From Takakia lepidozioides (lineage: Eukaryota > Plantae > Bryophyta): a DNA stretch of 64,000 nt. The DNA is taken from assembly GCA_030704615.1 (NCBI GenBank), contig CM060732.1, positions 18,414,001 to 18,478,000 of the forward strand, read 5' to 3'. Numbering within the stretch: the first letter of the stretch is position 1; every line of letters starts with the position of its first letter. Under the pieces are notes generated by a model. That model was given only the letters and a program-made list of their open reading frames with translations, was not told the origin of the DNA and ran no database searches. Shown here in pieces: positions 21,535 to 35,653 of the stretch. The translations under genes were made by a program, and so were the position numbers.

Positions 21535-24500
21535 TCAAGAACAGCAGCTTGACTTTTGTGCAATGGCCTGGCCCTTCATCTGCACTGTGTTGGGCTTACT
21601 GCTGCTCAGTGCTGGTTGGCTTGCCATCCTGCTCCCCAACCCTCCATGTCACAATCTGCATTTGGAAGATTACCCACACTATTTCTGACTTGCTAAACTA
21701 AGGTTCGTACTTCTCAGCTCCGAGAGCTGGATTTAACAAGTGGGACAAGTACAGCCCATAGAAACCTACAGAAAAGAAAGAGAAAGAAGGAAACTGATTT
21801 CTTCCAAGAGGTGGGCTTGAGTCATAAAAACTTTGATGATGGGAACATACCTGTTCTTGATTTCAGCAGCCATTGTCATGAAAGCCTGTTCAACATTGTT
21901 GGCGTTCTTTGCACTGGTCTCCAGGAAAGGGATGCCAACCTCATCCGCAAATGCCTGCAGTGTAAGGTCCATGGTAACATTGCTTGCTTCATTTATTGTG
22001 TAATAACCTTGGCAAGCTAAGTGGATATGGGCTGAGAAGCCAGTACGTATTGTACATATTCTGCATACTAATAGTGGGGACCTCTTCATCTTTTCCATCT
22101 TTTTCTAGGACAGATTATTCTGCCTCTCTCAAGAAGAAAACAAGCTAAAATGATGGAGACCGATGGCTGCTATCACGTAGTGGCTCAGGAGGGGTGCCTT
22201 ACAGGAAGCTCATAAGCCCTACTTTCTGGTGATGCATGACTCAGTAATCGAGCAATTTAGCTGATGTTTGTTTGTGTCCTTCCCCTACAAGTTCTTCATG
22301 GACGCGGATGCCTTTTTACAAGGCGCAAATGGTCTTGTGATGCTAAGAAGAGATTACAGGAACAGAGAGGGCTCATCTAAAAAATACCTTGGCAGTCTGG
22401 GTGTCCACCACCTTTTTGCCAACAAGATCAGACTTGTTCCCAACCAACAGCTTGTTTACGTTTTCGCTGGCATAGCGATCAATCTCATTCAACCACTGCT
22501 TCACATTGTTGAAGCTTTCTGCATCTGTCACGTCATATACCACCTGCTCGCAAGGTTGCAACAACTTGTGAGATTTTGAAAATTGCCATTTGTAGAGATA
22601 ACAGTCTCCTTTGGAAATCTAACCCTCTTGGTCTACCATTGTTGCATAGAAATCTTGGTCACATTTCCAAATAAGAAATAACACTATCCACAATGATGAG
22701 GCCACCAGTGTCTGCAATCCCACCAGAGTATCAGCATGTCAAGCAATGCAACTAAATGGGGAGAAGGAAACAGCAGATGTACAATGATCCCATGAGCACC
22801 CCGATAGTAGCTACTGGTGATGGTCCGGAATCGCTCTTGGCCTGCTGTGTCCCACTGCCAACATATCACCCCCACACAAGTTCTTTGCACTTTTCAGCTA
22901 AAAAATGTGGACTCTTGCCAAAGCAAGTAACTTATATTCTCACATGACCCCTGAAGGGCGACTGCCTTTCAATGGGAAGGTGGACACCTTTATGACATCC
23001 AACACACTTATGTGATTTTGAACCCACAACCACTAGTGAAACATATTGACACTGGGCTATCTATTGGACGTCCTTTTCTGCTAACATATATCAAAGTGAG
23101 AGCCTAGTAAGCTCTGAACTCACCTTTGTGAGGTAAGCAAAGATAAACGAAATGAGATAGCCACATCCAAGGTAAAGAAGGGCTTTCAAAGATGAAAACA
23201 GGAATATCACACAGAAGAAATAAATAAAAAGAGGAAGGGAACCAGAAAGAATGCTGTTTCATAGTAGACAGTCAATCTAAGAGTAGAAACGAATAAACTA
23301 CATCCTTGTTCAATAATGCAAACATACCATGGAAATGGATAAAGAAAACAGGAATTTCAGAGAAAGACACTAAAGTCTCTAAGACAGCTAATACCGTCCC
23401 ACTGTAGAAAGGTAGATAGAAGTGACGGAGGTAAGAAGACATACAATCTGAAGCTTAATCGTCTTCCCATCCAGCTCAACTGTCCTTATTTTCTGTGTGT
23501 CAAAATTCCAGTCCAACCTATTCATAAAAAGTTCCAGTAGTATCTTCCTATAAAAACAACCAAGGTGAACGTGGCCCAAACACGTGCAAAGTTCAGAGAG
23601 CAAGAGCATTCATAAACCTGCCAAGAGTCCAACACATTGCACAGACACCCTCAAGTTTGCTGTCAGGCCAGATTTTGTGTTTTCAAGGGGGTTCCTTAAC
23701 TGGAAGTACTGAGGTATGTTGTCAATTCCATTGACTCAAATAAAAACGCCCAAAGAAACTTACAAAATCGACACCAATAGTACTGATATAGCTCTCCAAG
23801 TAGGAGTCATCCTGCACCACCAGACAAAACCCCTTCATTAGTGTAGCAATATCATCTGTCCAAGTATAGAGTAACAGCTCTATACAGGTATGAAAGGTAA
23901 TCCAAACAGATGTTGCATGAGTGCCAGCAGGTTGCTATAATAGAGCTGCCTTATACTAAGCTAGAGATTTGAGTCTAACTAACCAACATTGATGTCTACA
24001 TTTCTGCACTTATGAAACATCCAAGAAGCAGGCTCATTAAAGCTTCTCAATTTCCATTTAATCATATGACCCGAAATATAGGGTTGTCATGAGCTTACAG
24101 CAAACCGGAGTAAAAGGCACGACTTTCCAACACCCGAGTCCCCAATCAGTAGCAGCTTGAAGAGGTAGTCACTGTCACCAACCCATTCATGCATTCCATG
24201 AGTCCAATAATATGGTAGAGAGAGAGAACATGCCAGCTTATACCAACATCTGCTAATGGTTAACCACAACTCACTGCCATTCTTTGACACCATGCAAGAA
24301 GGTTTGACCACGATTTGAAACTGTGGACAATTCCTGATTTTCTTGACAAGGTGGGAGGTGCTTCATAGAACAAGACAGGTCTACTCCCTGGAGGCCAAGA
24401 TGAATAGACACGGCCCTTCAGACCCCCACCCTTGACTATCCCTTCTGCAGTGCGTTCTCCAGTTGCTCAACTGACTCGTTGCTCAAGTGCTTACTGACAA

Positions 24501-25661
24501 ATGCTTTATGGAGTGCAAGAGTTCTTTTCCCACTCTGGTGCAACAAACTTTTTCTTTACTGCTAAAAAGAAAAAGCAACCACCTCTTGCCTATGTGTAAG
24601 ACTGAGTCAAATTCCATTATCTCCTAATAAGTTGACATCTAAACTAGAACATCCCCTGGTCAGTGTCCTAAAGACATGCATGGAGCACTATGGAAATTCT
24701 TTTGCCCTAAAAATACCCCAATCTAAATGCAAAGGAGGGAAAGAAGGGGGTGGGTGACATATTACATTTCTTAGCACCTCTACTAGTAGTACTGACCTGC
24801 AAATATCAATCCCCACCTTCTTATTTTGCCTAAGGCCTGCTGGGCTATAGATTGTATAATCCACTTCACTCAGAAGCCATGAATGGTAAATTCCATCAAA
24901 CCCCTCTGCCACAAACTCATTAAGTAGAGAGTTAAATAGAGGAGTTCACAGCAGACATATACGTCTGATTGTCCAAGAACTGCAACACTTCCTCTCGTAG
25001 GTTAGAAAAGTTTCAAGAAACTTATAATCATCACGAACTCATCACGTTAATCCTGCAGTGTTATCCAGAGTACTAGAGCAGCATAACATCGCACGCCATC
25101 CCAACATCCGCTATTCTGAAAACCCTAAGTCGACCCCTTCCTCTTTCCTATCCCCATGCCTCCTAGTTGAAAGCACTTAATCACCCTCATCTCCCAGATC
25201 CAGGATTTCAGGCACTGCATGTTTTTGCTTGGCATGCTTAACCAAGGATTCTTGCTGCGACTTCTCACCGCTACAAAATATGACATGTAACCGCTTACCA
25301 TGTGACTCTGAGTTCTCTGTTACCCATTGTCCCCAAACCTGGTCTAAAACAACAGAGCGTCCTACCTAAGCAGGGACGATATGACACCATGACGTGTCCG
25401 TCTCATCCCACAAAGGATGCATTCGATATTCCCAGGGCCGTACATTCAACAACATGCCCATGTGGATTTCCATCAACAACCGACGACCATATCCAGAGAG
25501 ACGGCAGGCTATGGAGGACGCAAACATCTGGGAGGGGAGGATGAAGGAGACAGAGAGTGAGCGACACCGCACGAGATGGAGCTAACACTCCCTCTATTTA
25601 TCACAGATCTTATAAGCCAGAGAGATCCAAAGAAAACAGGGGCTTACTACTCAGGATTCAT
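21535..25661 (-). CDS. RABD2: Rab1/Ypt1-type small GTPase (RABD2 class), 8 exons, 202 aa
   Basis: Exons 25661-25648, 24171-24099, 23811-23764, 23492-23445, 22854-22783, 22543-22388, 21954-21851 and 21628-21535 total 609 nt, all GT-AG. Motifs [34 protein letters not shown] and C-terminal CCS. Confidence 0.97.
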
Positions 25662-27813
25662 GCTCTCCAAACTTCCAAATCACGCGGGCCTCCTCCGAAG
25701 TGAGAGCGTCCCGCCTCTCGCTTCTTACAACCCTTCCCACAGCCTCCTTCCTCGGAAAGACACAGAATTCTTCACAGAGAGACAGACGCAGAATCCCTGC
25801 ACAATTGGGTTCAGCGACGGGGCGGTACAGATCGCGCTTACATGAGATGCCACCCAAGCCCACAACTTTAGATGCCGGGAAGAAGACGAAAACCTGAGTG
25901 ATTGCTTGCCCAAGCAAACCCCAGTTGGTACTTTCCCTGCAATTACCCAACTGGAGAGAAGTCCACCTCACCCTTGGGGGTATCTGGGTTTGTCATTTAT
26001 CACTCACACGGAGCGCTTCTTGGCCAGGGAGTGGGGTTTGAGAGACGACTCTTTCGGAGAGACAATTGGGCTTCAAACTAAGATGTTTAGGAATTGCATA
26101 AGGTTCGAGCTTGTCCATAATGTCTGTCCCTGCAGATAATTAGGAATTGCTCCCAGGGTTCAAATACAGTATTCCAGGCAAGCACTTCACCATTCCAAGG
26201 CTGAAGACTTCCAGATTGAGAACCTGGAGGGTGACTAATGTGCCCCTATTTTGATGTCCATCTTTGGCTTGTGGGTGGAGTTGCAATGCTTGGGATTTCT
26301 ACATGTTTCACACTAATGATACAGCTCATCTCTCTCCTTGACCACACATAAACATGGAAATGTAAGCAATAGATAGTCAGAGATGTTTTCGATTTCACAT
26401 AGTTCGCCAAGATTAAGAGATCATGGGTGGTCACCTTGATCCAGGCTTTGTAATAAGCCAACTGGTTGTTGTTCTTACACTGACACACCAACAGTGGTCA
26501 TCCACACAAGAGTTCCAAATCTTTACTAGAGAGAGGTATGAGCCATTTCTATGATGTGATCAGTTTCTCTTGCTGCTGACAGTAGAAAAAATATGAAATG
26601 GATTGCATAACTAGCCCTGCAGTGGATTGGGTAATGGCCATTTTACTTAATTGACTAAGATTTCAGCGTGCATGTGTTCTTACCTATTGTATGTGCAAAA
26701 ATCGCTCTATCATGCAGAGATCATCAGCTCCTCACAAGAAGCATTCTAAGAACAATCTTTGACCGTTTCAAATAGCTCCTAGCAAAATGCAAGTCCTTTA
26801 TGTATGATGCAATGCTTAAGCATTGAACAAGTCCCTCCGTAGTTCTTCCCATTGCTGCCCATGACAACCAGCCCAGGTGTGACTGGGCTTGCCCCAAGGA
26901 TTCTAGAGACATCAGTCAAAAAGAATGAAAGAGCATGGTCAGTTCTGAGACGTCCATTGCGTGTGTTCCAAGCCCATTCCAACCATCAAACATACTAGGG
27001 TCCAGTAGCAGCATCTGAGAACCCATCCTCCTTGCGGTGTGTCAAAGTCTTGACTGTGAATTGGAGCTGATGCATTTGGCAGTAATCCGCTTTACACAAG
27101 AAGCTGTCCATACTACCACTTTTCTCTTCCATGTAAGAGCATATGTTAGGCCCTTTTCCTTCGAAGATCAGTGAGCAAGCATGTCATGAGAAAGACTAGA
27201 TGACCTGCAGGACTTGGTCCTCATTGCCATCTGAAGACATTCTTTTGCCATATGTATCCATAAGGTCACTGCTGTTCCATTACCAACCACTACACATATC
27301 TAGAGACACGTTGCCTGCCTCAATCGTCAGAAAATTCTTCTTCTTAATGGCATCGGCCCAATCCAAAACTCTATTTTACTGTGGTAGTCAAAATCGCTTC
27401 GTGTACAGAATGCCTGATACTGTCTCCTGTAACTAAGTTAAGATTGTACTCTGAGACTTAGGTGGACGAGCTTGGAAGGAAATTGACTGAGAGCACTTTC
27501 GTACGAAAGCTGGAAGTTCAATGACATACTCCCCGAGGTAGCAAAAGCTTCTGAAGGGGGAAGTTGGGCACTGGCATTCAGCTATGAGACAGAGATAAGT
27601 AGATTGCTTTCTGAGAAAACTCTTCATGTCCTTGCCGCTTCTCTAACAGCTCAGTTGTAGTATATGCCCTATTTTTCTAGGTTAGAGGGAGGAAATTGGA
27701 CAAGAGGACTTCCCAGGATATCTTTGAAGTTCAGTGACAAGAATACGGTATGCCAAGTCAAAAACGTTTAAGTTCTGCTACGATAGAACTTAAGCAGGTA
27801 GGAAGGGCAGGAA

Positions 27814-28344
27814 TCACCGATTCCTGACTCGACCAAATTTCGGCCTATTTGCCTTCCTCTCCATCTTTTCCATTTTTCGCTTCTCTTTCTCATTCATGGG
27901 CGAATCGTCACTGGTCCGTTGGAAGAAGAAAGGATAGAGGGCTAGTTGCCACAACTTGTAGAAAGCAAAAATGGGAATCACAAGGTACACAAACCAGAAC
28001 TTGCCAGAGATTATGGACGAAACCTGGACAAAGCTGGTGATATACAGAATGTCATGGAGGTAAGCGCAAAGTCCCCCAGTGCTCATATCAAACCCACCAT
28101 CCAACAGCTCCCCTGTGCTCTCATCGAAAGAGGGTTTGGCCATCCTCGCCAGCTGGTCATACACCAGCTTGTAAGCACCTGTTGTCACGCACAATCCTAG
28201 TCCATCCTTCCATGACAGACTCCCATATCGCATTCCAAGCCTCAACACAACGTACAGAGCATTGCATATCAGAATTACATTACGCAGCATGCGCATGTGC
28301 TTCTCGTTCTCCTCCTTCCGTTTTTTTGCGCCCTTGTTCGCCAT
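27814..28344 (-). CDS. TMEM208: Transmembrane protein 208 / SND2 homologue (DUF788), intronless, 176 aa
   Basis: MANKGAKKRKEEN...LLDGGFDMSTGGLCAYLHDILYIT...LVIPIFAFYKLW with a basic C-terminus; single open frame from the ATG at 28344. Confidence 0.9.
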   Translation of the reverse strand: MANKGAKKRKEENEKHMRMLRNVILICNALYVVLRLGMRYGSLSWKDGLGLCVTTGAYKLVYDQLARMAKPSFDESTGELLDGGFDMSTGGLCAYLHDILYITSFVQVSSIISGKFWFVYLVIPIFAFYKLWQLALYPFFFQRTSDDSPMNEKEKRKMEKMERKANRPKFGRVRNR

Positions 28345-29534
28345 CTCTTCCGCCCTCGCACCCTCAGTCTGGCTATGGCGGGAGGATTTTCTTACTGGGA
28401 ACAATGGGCTAACAATCTACCATGTTAATATAGAAAACGAGGTTTTGGGAACCTTGTCGTTTGTGTAAGCTCTACTTCCAGGAATTACAACAGGAACCGG
28501 CCCACCATGTTCCTCTCACCTCAAGTTCACCAATAAGTATATGGGAACCTTAGCGCGCCTCTCTTCTTCAGGAAAAGGTCCGCGGACCCTAGAAATTTAT
28601 TCGTACAGTGAAGGCTGCTCTAAGACTTGTGGCTCTGCATCGCAGCTCGTGAAAATTCATATGTGAGATACCGGAGCAACTTGGTTTATTTTCAAATTTG
28701 GAGTGAGCCATACTGGCAGCAGCAGATGCTTGTGATGGTTTACAGCATTTGACAACTGCCTAACCCAATTACCTCTTACATTGCTGCACCCGCAATTTGT
28801 ATGTCACTCATACTCCATCAAGGGAACACTAGATGATGAAGGACCTATGAGTGGTATTGTGCAGAAGGGCTTCATGCTGTCCACAATGCGGAACCAGGAA
28901 GTTGGGTGCAAATCTTTATTGAGTCAGGCACATAACAAGTAAGCTTGTTGCCACCAAAACTTGTAACAAAAAATTAACAACATGATGAGTAGATCACAAT
29001 TGAACCAGGGGTGCAAACTAGAGTGGCACCATCTTTGCCACCCCAAGCAACACATTGGTGTATTGGTGTAAAGAGACAAAATACCTTTTACCTCCCAAAA
29101 CCAGCCGTAGTCTCCAATACAAATAGAACATAAAACCCCTTTGTTGTTTCCAGCATTGTAGGAGCTTATGACAAAGGAACCCCCAAAAAACAAGGCTACC
29201 ATGGCACCATAAGCTACTTTTGGTTGAACTTTGGCTGACTAGTAGCATATACAAAATAGGCTGACTCCTGCCAAAGCAAGCGTAAATCATGGTGTCCCTT
29301 CACCCCAAAGGGAATCATATACAGTGTAGAATAGATCAGATAATCTGAACTTCCATCCTGTGTCTGTGTGTATATGTGTGGAAGAGAGCAATATAGCACC
29401 CATACTATTGAAGAGAGCTGCTGTATCAACTCGCTCTCAGAGGAGGGGCCATTTCAGTCTTCATTGGTGATGATTGGTTATCAGCAGCCATTTGCTCCTC
29501 TTCAGCCCTGTCAATGGCAGCATCTACATTGTCC

Positions 29535-32500
29535 TCAACGTTTCTCAGAGTCTCGGTGGCAGTGCATACTGCTGGAAATCTGTAGTGGTGAGCTGCATCT
29601 TTTAGACTGGGCGTTCAAAGTGTTTGACAGATTTGGGGACGTTTCATGCGGAGTGGCCGAAGGGTCAGGAGACTTGTTCATGGTCATGATGTAAGGTTGC
29701 TTTGTGAGAGCTCTGGAATGAAGGACAAATTATTAGTGCCAAGACTTGTCAATGGTGTGACAAGCTCTAAAATCCTACAACCTCTATCAACGCCCTTCTT
29801 ACATTGTAGGGAGCGCCGAGTTCAACTATCCATGGCACACTCCCAAGACTACCGATCAGAGTAGGTGAGAGTAGACCTGTGCCTGAGATTGTGTATGCAG
29901 AGTGGTCCAGGAATCATCAGATACACCACTGGATTGTAACAAGGACACTCACGTACTAGTCTCTTTTGTCATCATTTTCATGTAGTTGCCATGCTGATCC
30001 CATCTCACAGGGCAAGACAAATGAGAGTACTGTACCTTTCTTTTCGCTTCTCCAAGAAGCGAGCCAGTGATGCTTTCCTTGCTTGGGGTAACTCTGCCCC
30101 AAAGAAAAACACAAACACAAATCGTAAGTCAATGGCCAGGGATGGTTCGAAGACAAGACATTAGATAAAACCACCTACCCTTTGGATTCAGTTACAAGGT
30201 TGTGGCTCGTAGCAAAAATAGTGAAACGATTAACACATTGAACATCCCCTGCATACCTTTAAGTGCTGTCATTTCTTTGGGTCCTGAAAGCTTATTCGAG
30301 CTTGAGGCAGGGCTACTGTATGGTTTTGAATTCTCAGGTTGCTGCTGGGGCTGCTTTCTTGCTGCAGCATACGTACCAGAGCATTGGCCTTGAGGTGGTG
30401 ACACCTGAAACTGGGCATTGACTTGTTCAGAAGGACCCCATGCGGAGGTCATTGGGGTGAGAGGCCTGTCAGGAGCATTCCTTGTTGAAGGTGCTGGCAT
30501 AGGCACAGTTTGCAGGGGCACAGGAGTGCTTTGCACAGGCACAGGTGCACTTTGTGTGGGACCACTTTGTGCAAGGCTTGAGAACCATGGAACCCCACTT
30601 CCAGCCAGGACCATAATTGCTTGTGCCTACAACACCAGCAAGTGCTCCTCCTGCTGATTTAATATGGGAATCACTTGCAAGTCTAGGAGACATCTATTTT
30701 GGCTGAGGAAACTGACAGAGGGCATGCAAGGCAGCATACTAGCATGGTAAACTCATGGTAGCAGACCCCTCCTGGAAGCAACCCAGGAGGAGTGGTGTTC
30801 ATTAGATAACCCTTTATTAGTCACAAATCCTGGAGCTAGATCTTTCTTTCACAACGGAAATTGATGGGCATGACATTCTACCTTGTCCATCGAAATGTTG
30901 TCATAAACATTCACAGTGCCAGCATAGAAGATAGTGAGCTGCGCTGTGCCTGGCCTAACTGAAGAATCTGACCCAGGAACCCTGCAAGAATAGAATATTC
31001 TTGGCATCAGAGGGCATGAAATACTCATAGCAAAACAAAACCAACTGGGGTGCTACTGACAATAACAGAGAGACGCACACCTACAACCAACCTCTTACTG
31101 AGAAGGAGAAGCAACCACAGCAGACAAGCAATCCAATGAATGAACCAATGAGAAAGAAAACCACCTTAGTGCGGTAGGAGGTGCACTGGTTGCAACAGGA
31201 AGGGCCGACTGCTGGGCAGCCACAACAGCACCAAACCCCATGGGCAGCATGGCTGAGGTTGTGGGGCCTACCACCGCTGAGCTTGATCGCGGTTGAATTC
31301 CGGGATTGGGCATTGGTTCATGTTCGCACTGATTTGTGCATGAGAGGGAAAGACCTGCACAAATCAATATCTGGTGAATGAGATGCTATTTTCTTGGAAG
31401 TTTTGCAACAACCAAACTCTCCTTACATATAGCAGACAGTCAGATGATACAGACATTAAAGCCACCTTCATGAGCATGTGATGCATGCACGTGAATGCAA
31501 TAGCCTTGACTATCAATCGATCATCTTCATTTCCAGGCACTAGGACAGTCATTTTCATTCCCCAGTCAATTACCACCAAGAGCTGTGATAGAGCCTGGGA
31601 GCCTCCATGATGCGATTTTTTGGAGAGTGTGTGGGGGAGACCTTGGAAGGTGGTTGGTTCCATTCTCGCCTGGTTAGCCTGCACTCACTGGGTTTTACGG
31701 TTGCTGACCATGTCTTGGGCAGCATGACTTGATTTGCCAGATGAAGATTTGTGGTTTAAAAAGTTTGGCTCGGGGGTCTTTCCACCTTTCCTGATGCCCA
31801 AAAAAAGTGAGCTAGAGGAAAAGAGAACTTCAACACCAAAAAGCAGCAGAATCAGATCCGGAGGAACCTGCACTGCCAGTGCCAGACCGGTCAGGCGTCT
31901 GTGCCAGATCTTCCAAGGCACGGCTGGCAAGGCTCCTCTCAAATCGGCAGCTTCCCCAACCTCCAGTCTCCTCTTTCACAGAAGAGCGTCCCCACTCCAA
32001 GGCCTCTCTGGCTGAAGCTGGCTCAAAGGCGCGCCCTTGCTGCAATCAACAAATTCCAGCACACCCAACAAACACACAACTTGAGTTTCAGGCAGAACAC
32101 AGGAATGTTCGTTCTTCACATCTGGGTTGGGCCTTTCTAATATCATAAAGTTGAAAGGTAGCTAACCCGCTGCATGGCTGCTAGCTTGTTCCAAGAGGGC
32201 CACCGCATCCCTGCACCGCAGATGTCCCACATGCAAACACCCAAAAGAGTACCAAGGATCAAAAATCTGTATCACCATTGGCACCCAAGTCTAAGTAGAC
32301 TCTCTAAACCTAGCTTGGATGTGAGGGCTACACCAGGGAGATGACTTCTCAAACAGAGCTTCCTATGTCACTTTCAGGGCCTTCCTCTCTCTTGCTCTGT
32401 CTCTCAACCTGTCCTCTACATACCTATATGCTCCTAGACAACTTCTGTACAGAAACTTGAGTTCCACAGCACCTTCCTAAGGCAAAAACCAAACATCTCT

Positions 32501-33396
32501 AACTTAGTTCTGATTCTCCTATCTTCTTCCTTGCCATCACAGTTGCGGCTGCAAATGCCAAAGGTCTCCTGCTCCTACATTATTTGCCATCCACCGTGGC
32601 TTTACTTTTCAACCACTACCTTACCCCATTATTACTAGCACCACAAACAGTGGTCATGAGAGGTTGCTTATATGGCAAGGTTTCTCCACCCTGCATGAGC
32701 CGCACTAGTTGGGGAGTGCCACAGCTCAGCCAGAGTAAGAGCACAGGTTGAAATGCATCATCTAAGCCGAGACTCACCCTCCTCTAGGAGATATCTCTGG
32801 CACTCATCTCCAGAGAGCTGCTGACTGGCAGCATCAGTTAGCTCTTCCCAGGGCTCACCGGCAACAATAGCCCTTTCTCTCTCACTTGAAGACGGTGGTA
32901 CTTCCCCGCCCTCCTCTATTGATTTGGTCTCCTCTCCGGCTTCAGGAGTTCCACTCCATGGCTGTGCCTTCTGAACAGTTGCTCTCTTGTATCCAATGTA
33001 TCGGATGGCTTTCTCATTTGCACCGGAGGCCTTGTCGCTAGAGAGACTCCCAGGGCCAGCCAAATTGCATGCATGCCCATTAAATCCCCTTGATCCCGCA
33101 CCACTAGAAGAACTTAAGATCAGACCGTCATTCCCAAGAAGGCCAGCCATGGGATTGCTGGTCAAGGCCGATGAGAGATTAAGTTTGGCTTGCTCGCGCA
33201 TTTGTTGCAATGGAGCGTGCGATGATGTCTGTTCTTGCAAAAGATTAGTAAAGGAAAAACCTGAAGGTGTACTCTCCACTAATTGCCTCCCCGTCTCATC
33301 GTGTTTCTGAATTTCTCTTTCTCTTGTAGTGCCACTGCTGGCCTCACCAAGTCCCATAAAGTCCCGGGCAACCACTTGGTCTCCCTCTCTCCCCAT
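29535..33396 (-). CDS. JAZ: JAZ (TIFY family) jasmonate signalling repressor, multi-exon
   Basis: N-terminal RDFMG; exon 32210-32167 GMRWPSWNK; exon 30981-30882 AQLTIFYAGTVNVYD; exon 30626-30257 AQAIMVLA; Jas exon 30093-30036 ELPQARKASLARFLEKRKER; last exon 29712-29535 ALTKQPY. Exon boundaries between about 31.1 and 32.0 kb were not resolved. Confidence 0.93.
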
Positions 33397-34832
33397 TGGG
33401 GATTGCCAACGAGGTAGTCAAACCAACAAGAGGTGTGTTGACAATCAGATCAAACGCCGCTGGCAGTTCTTTTGATCGAAAAGCCCCCCGCGTCCACCAT
33501 CCATCTTTTCTTGAAGCCCTCCAAAGCCCTAAGTGTATGACCTCAACCTACTTTCGGTTTCGGCTAACCCAGCTGATGCTGTCTATAATTCAATATCCCC
33601 AGCTGCTGGAGGTGCTACGAGAGTAAAGATTCTTGACATATATCCATAGACTAACCTACTTAATGATGCAACTGAATGAAAGCTATGGACTCAATGCTGC
33701 ATAGAGGCCCAACACTAGGCCCAAGAATCCCCGGAGCTGAAAAAAACAGGGGAAGAGAGAGAATTTTTGTGGGATGAACCAGCATCTTGAACAACCAACA
33801 AGACCACAGTTGATCGAGCAAAGGTTGAACTGAAAACAACTGTGACCTAAGATGATTGCGAGTCTGAATGAGTGCCGGAAGGGATACAGGGGGCCGATCT
33901 CAACATGCACTCCACGATTGATAAAACTAGGAGCAGCAATGACGGCAGGTTTGACAAATCTAACTTAATTGCTGGTGATCACCATCAGCTCATCCTCACA
34001 GTACGAAAGCTACCACTGGGGCGAAAAACACGGAAGCTTCGGAGTGATCTACTCAACAAATTGGAATACCCCCCCGATGGAATGCAGAAGCAATTTTCGG
34101 AGCAAGAGCGTCCTTCGTGGACGCTATTGGAAGGAAGGAAATTAAAGATACGCAGATGCTCGACCAGCGCAAAATGGTTTCATGGAGAATCTGAATCAGA
34201 AATCGACCGCACTTTGATGCAGGCCCGGCGGAGCAGCGTAACAACTCTGGAGAAGAAGGTGCTCCTTTAGCTCCCAGCCAAGTTGAGGAGAAAATTGAGA
34301 AACGAGCGTCAGAGGTTTCCCGAAATCGCTCAGATTCTTCCCAGAAAACCCCCACTCCACAGGTAGTCTTCGCCCTTCCTAATCCACTCCACACCTGAAA
34401 AAGCGTGGGGCAAGCCTCCTCGACCACCAATTTATTCCTTCCACCGCACAGCAATCGTGCTCAACAGACGCACTGAGAATGTAAACCTCCGCAAACCCAC
34501 CTCCGAAATGAAGTGCTCTCCAACACCCACAAGTCGGAATGTTTAAATGCACGGATGGCATGCAGGGCCTCCTCGGCCCAGCACGAGGGGTATCAGCGAT
34601 CCACACGCACTCTGGCCACTGACCAGAAACTATTCAATTCACTAAAACTGTGCTGAGCTGAGTTAGTGACTGCCCTTTAGTGAGCAGCCTTGTGTTGTTT
34701 CATTGTTTTCTCTTTTTGTGCTGGGAAAATGTTTCTGTAAAGAGTAAAGAGCTGCAAAAGTGACAAAAACCATAAACAACTTGCAAACTCAAAAACACTC
34801 AGTAAGTTGGTGGGTAACAATATTGGGCTTAA

Positions 34833-35653
34833 CCCTTAAGTTCCCAAGCCCTTTTCTGACTTTTTACCAATTTTGGGTACCCAGCTGCAGTAAATTGCCC
34901 CCATAAACCTACCAAAATCATCCCCAGATTCCAGCCTTATAGCAGTGGCCAGCTCATTTATGCATGACATACCAAAAAATGAGCCAAGTCCACCCTGGAA
35001 ATTGTGAGATTATAGCGTTGGTCCGGACCTCAAATATCAGGTTGCAAAGAAAAAGTGAGAAAGAAATAGGTTTGACCAACTCAAAACCTAGCTTTATCCA
35101 TTTTTGCTTGCCCCAAGACCCACCATTTCCAAATTAGTAGTGGAGTGGCTATGACCCCACTAAATTGCAGGTCCAACTGATTTTTTCACCTATGCTTGCT
35201 ATGCATGCAATTACATGGGGGTTGAAATCTCAAAACTGACAAGAGAAAATGTGCCTCCAAATGAAGTACTTTTTTTTCTACAAATTTTTTAAAAGCCAAC
35301 TGCGGATGTGTGTATGTAATGCTCACACACCACAATGTGAAGCGCTTTTTCCAAAATTGCTAATTTTCTGCCAAAAATGGCCTTTGGAGTGCAATCTGTT
35401 TTGGGCTTGTTTACCTGCCACATCAGCGGTCAACAAGCCCTTTTCAGGCCCCAAAACGTAAATGAGAGATCTAAGATATTTTTTGTAGGTAGTAGCTTTT
35501 GTTTTTGTTTTTTTTTGTTTTTTGCATCATACTCGAGACAAATCCCTTGTCATTAAAGCTTCAGGAATGGGCCCCATCAGATTAGATCTGCAAAAATTAG
35601 GTCGAACTGCAAATTCAAAGTGACCCGATTCAAGGCGCTTGGGAACTTAAGGG
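34833..35653. mobile_element. Non-autonomous piggyBac-type element (821 bp)
   Basis: TTAA|CCCTTAAGTTCCCAAGC ... GCTTGGGAACTTAAGGG|TTAA: perfect 17-bp TIRs starting CCC, with TTAA on both sides; no transposase ORF. Confidence 0.75.

Noticed and set aside
28345-28404. 20-aa N-terminal extension of TMEM208 in the ORF track
   Set aside because: It relies on a non-ATG start; the family-typical start is MANKGAKK at 28344.
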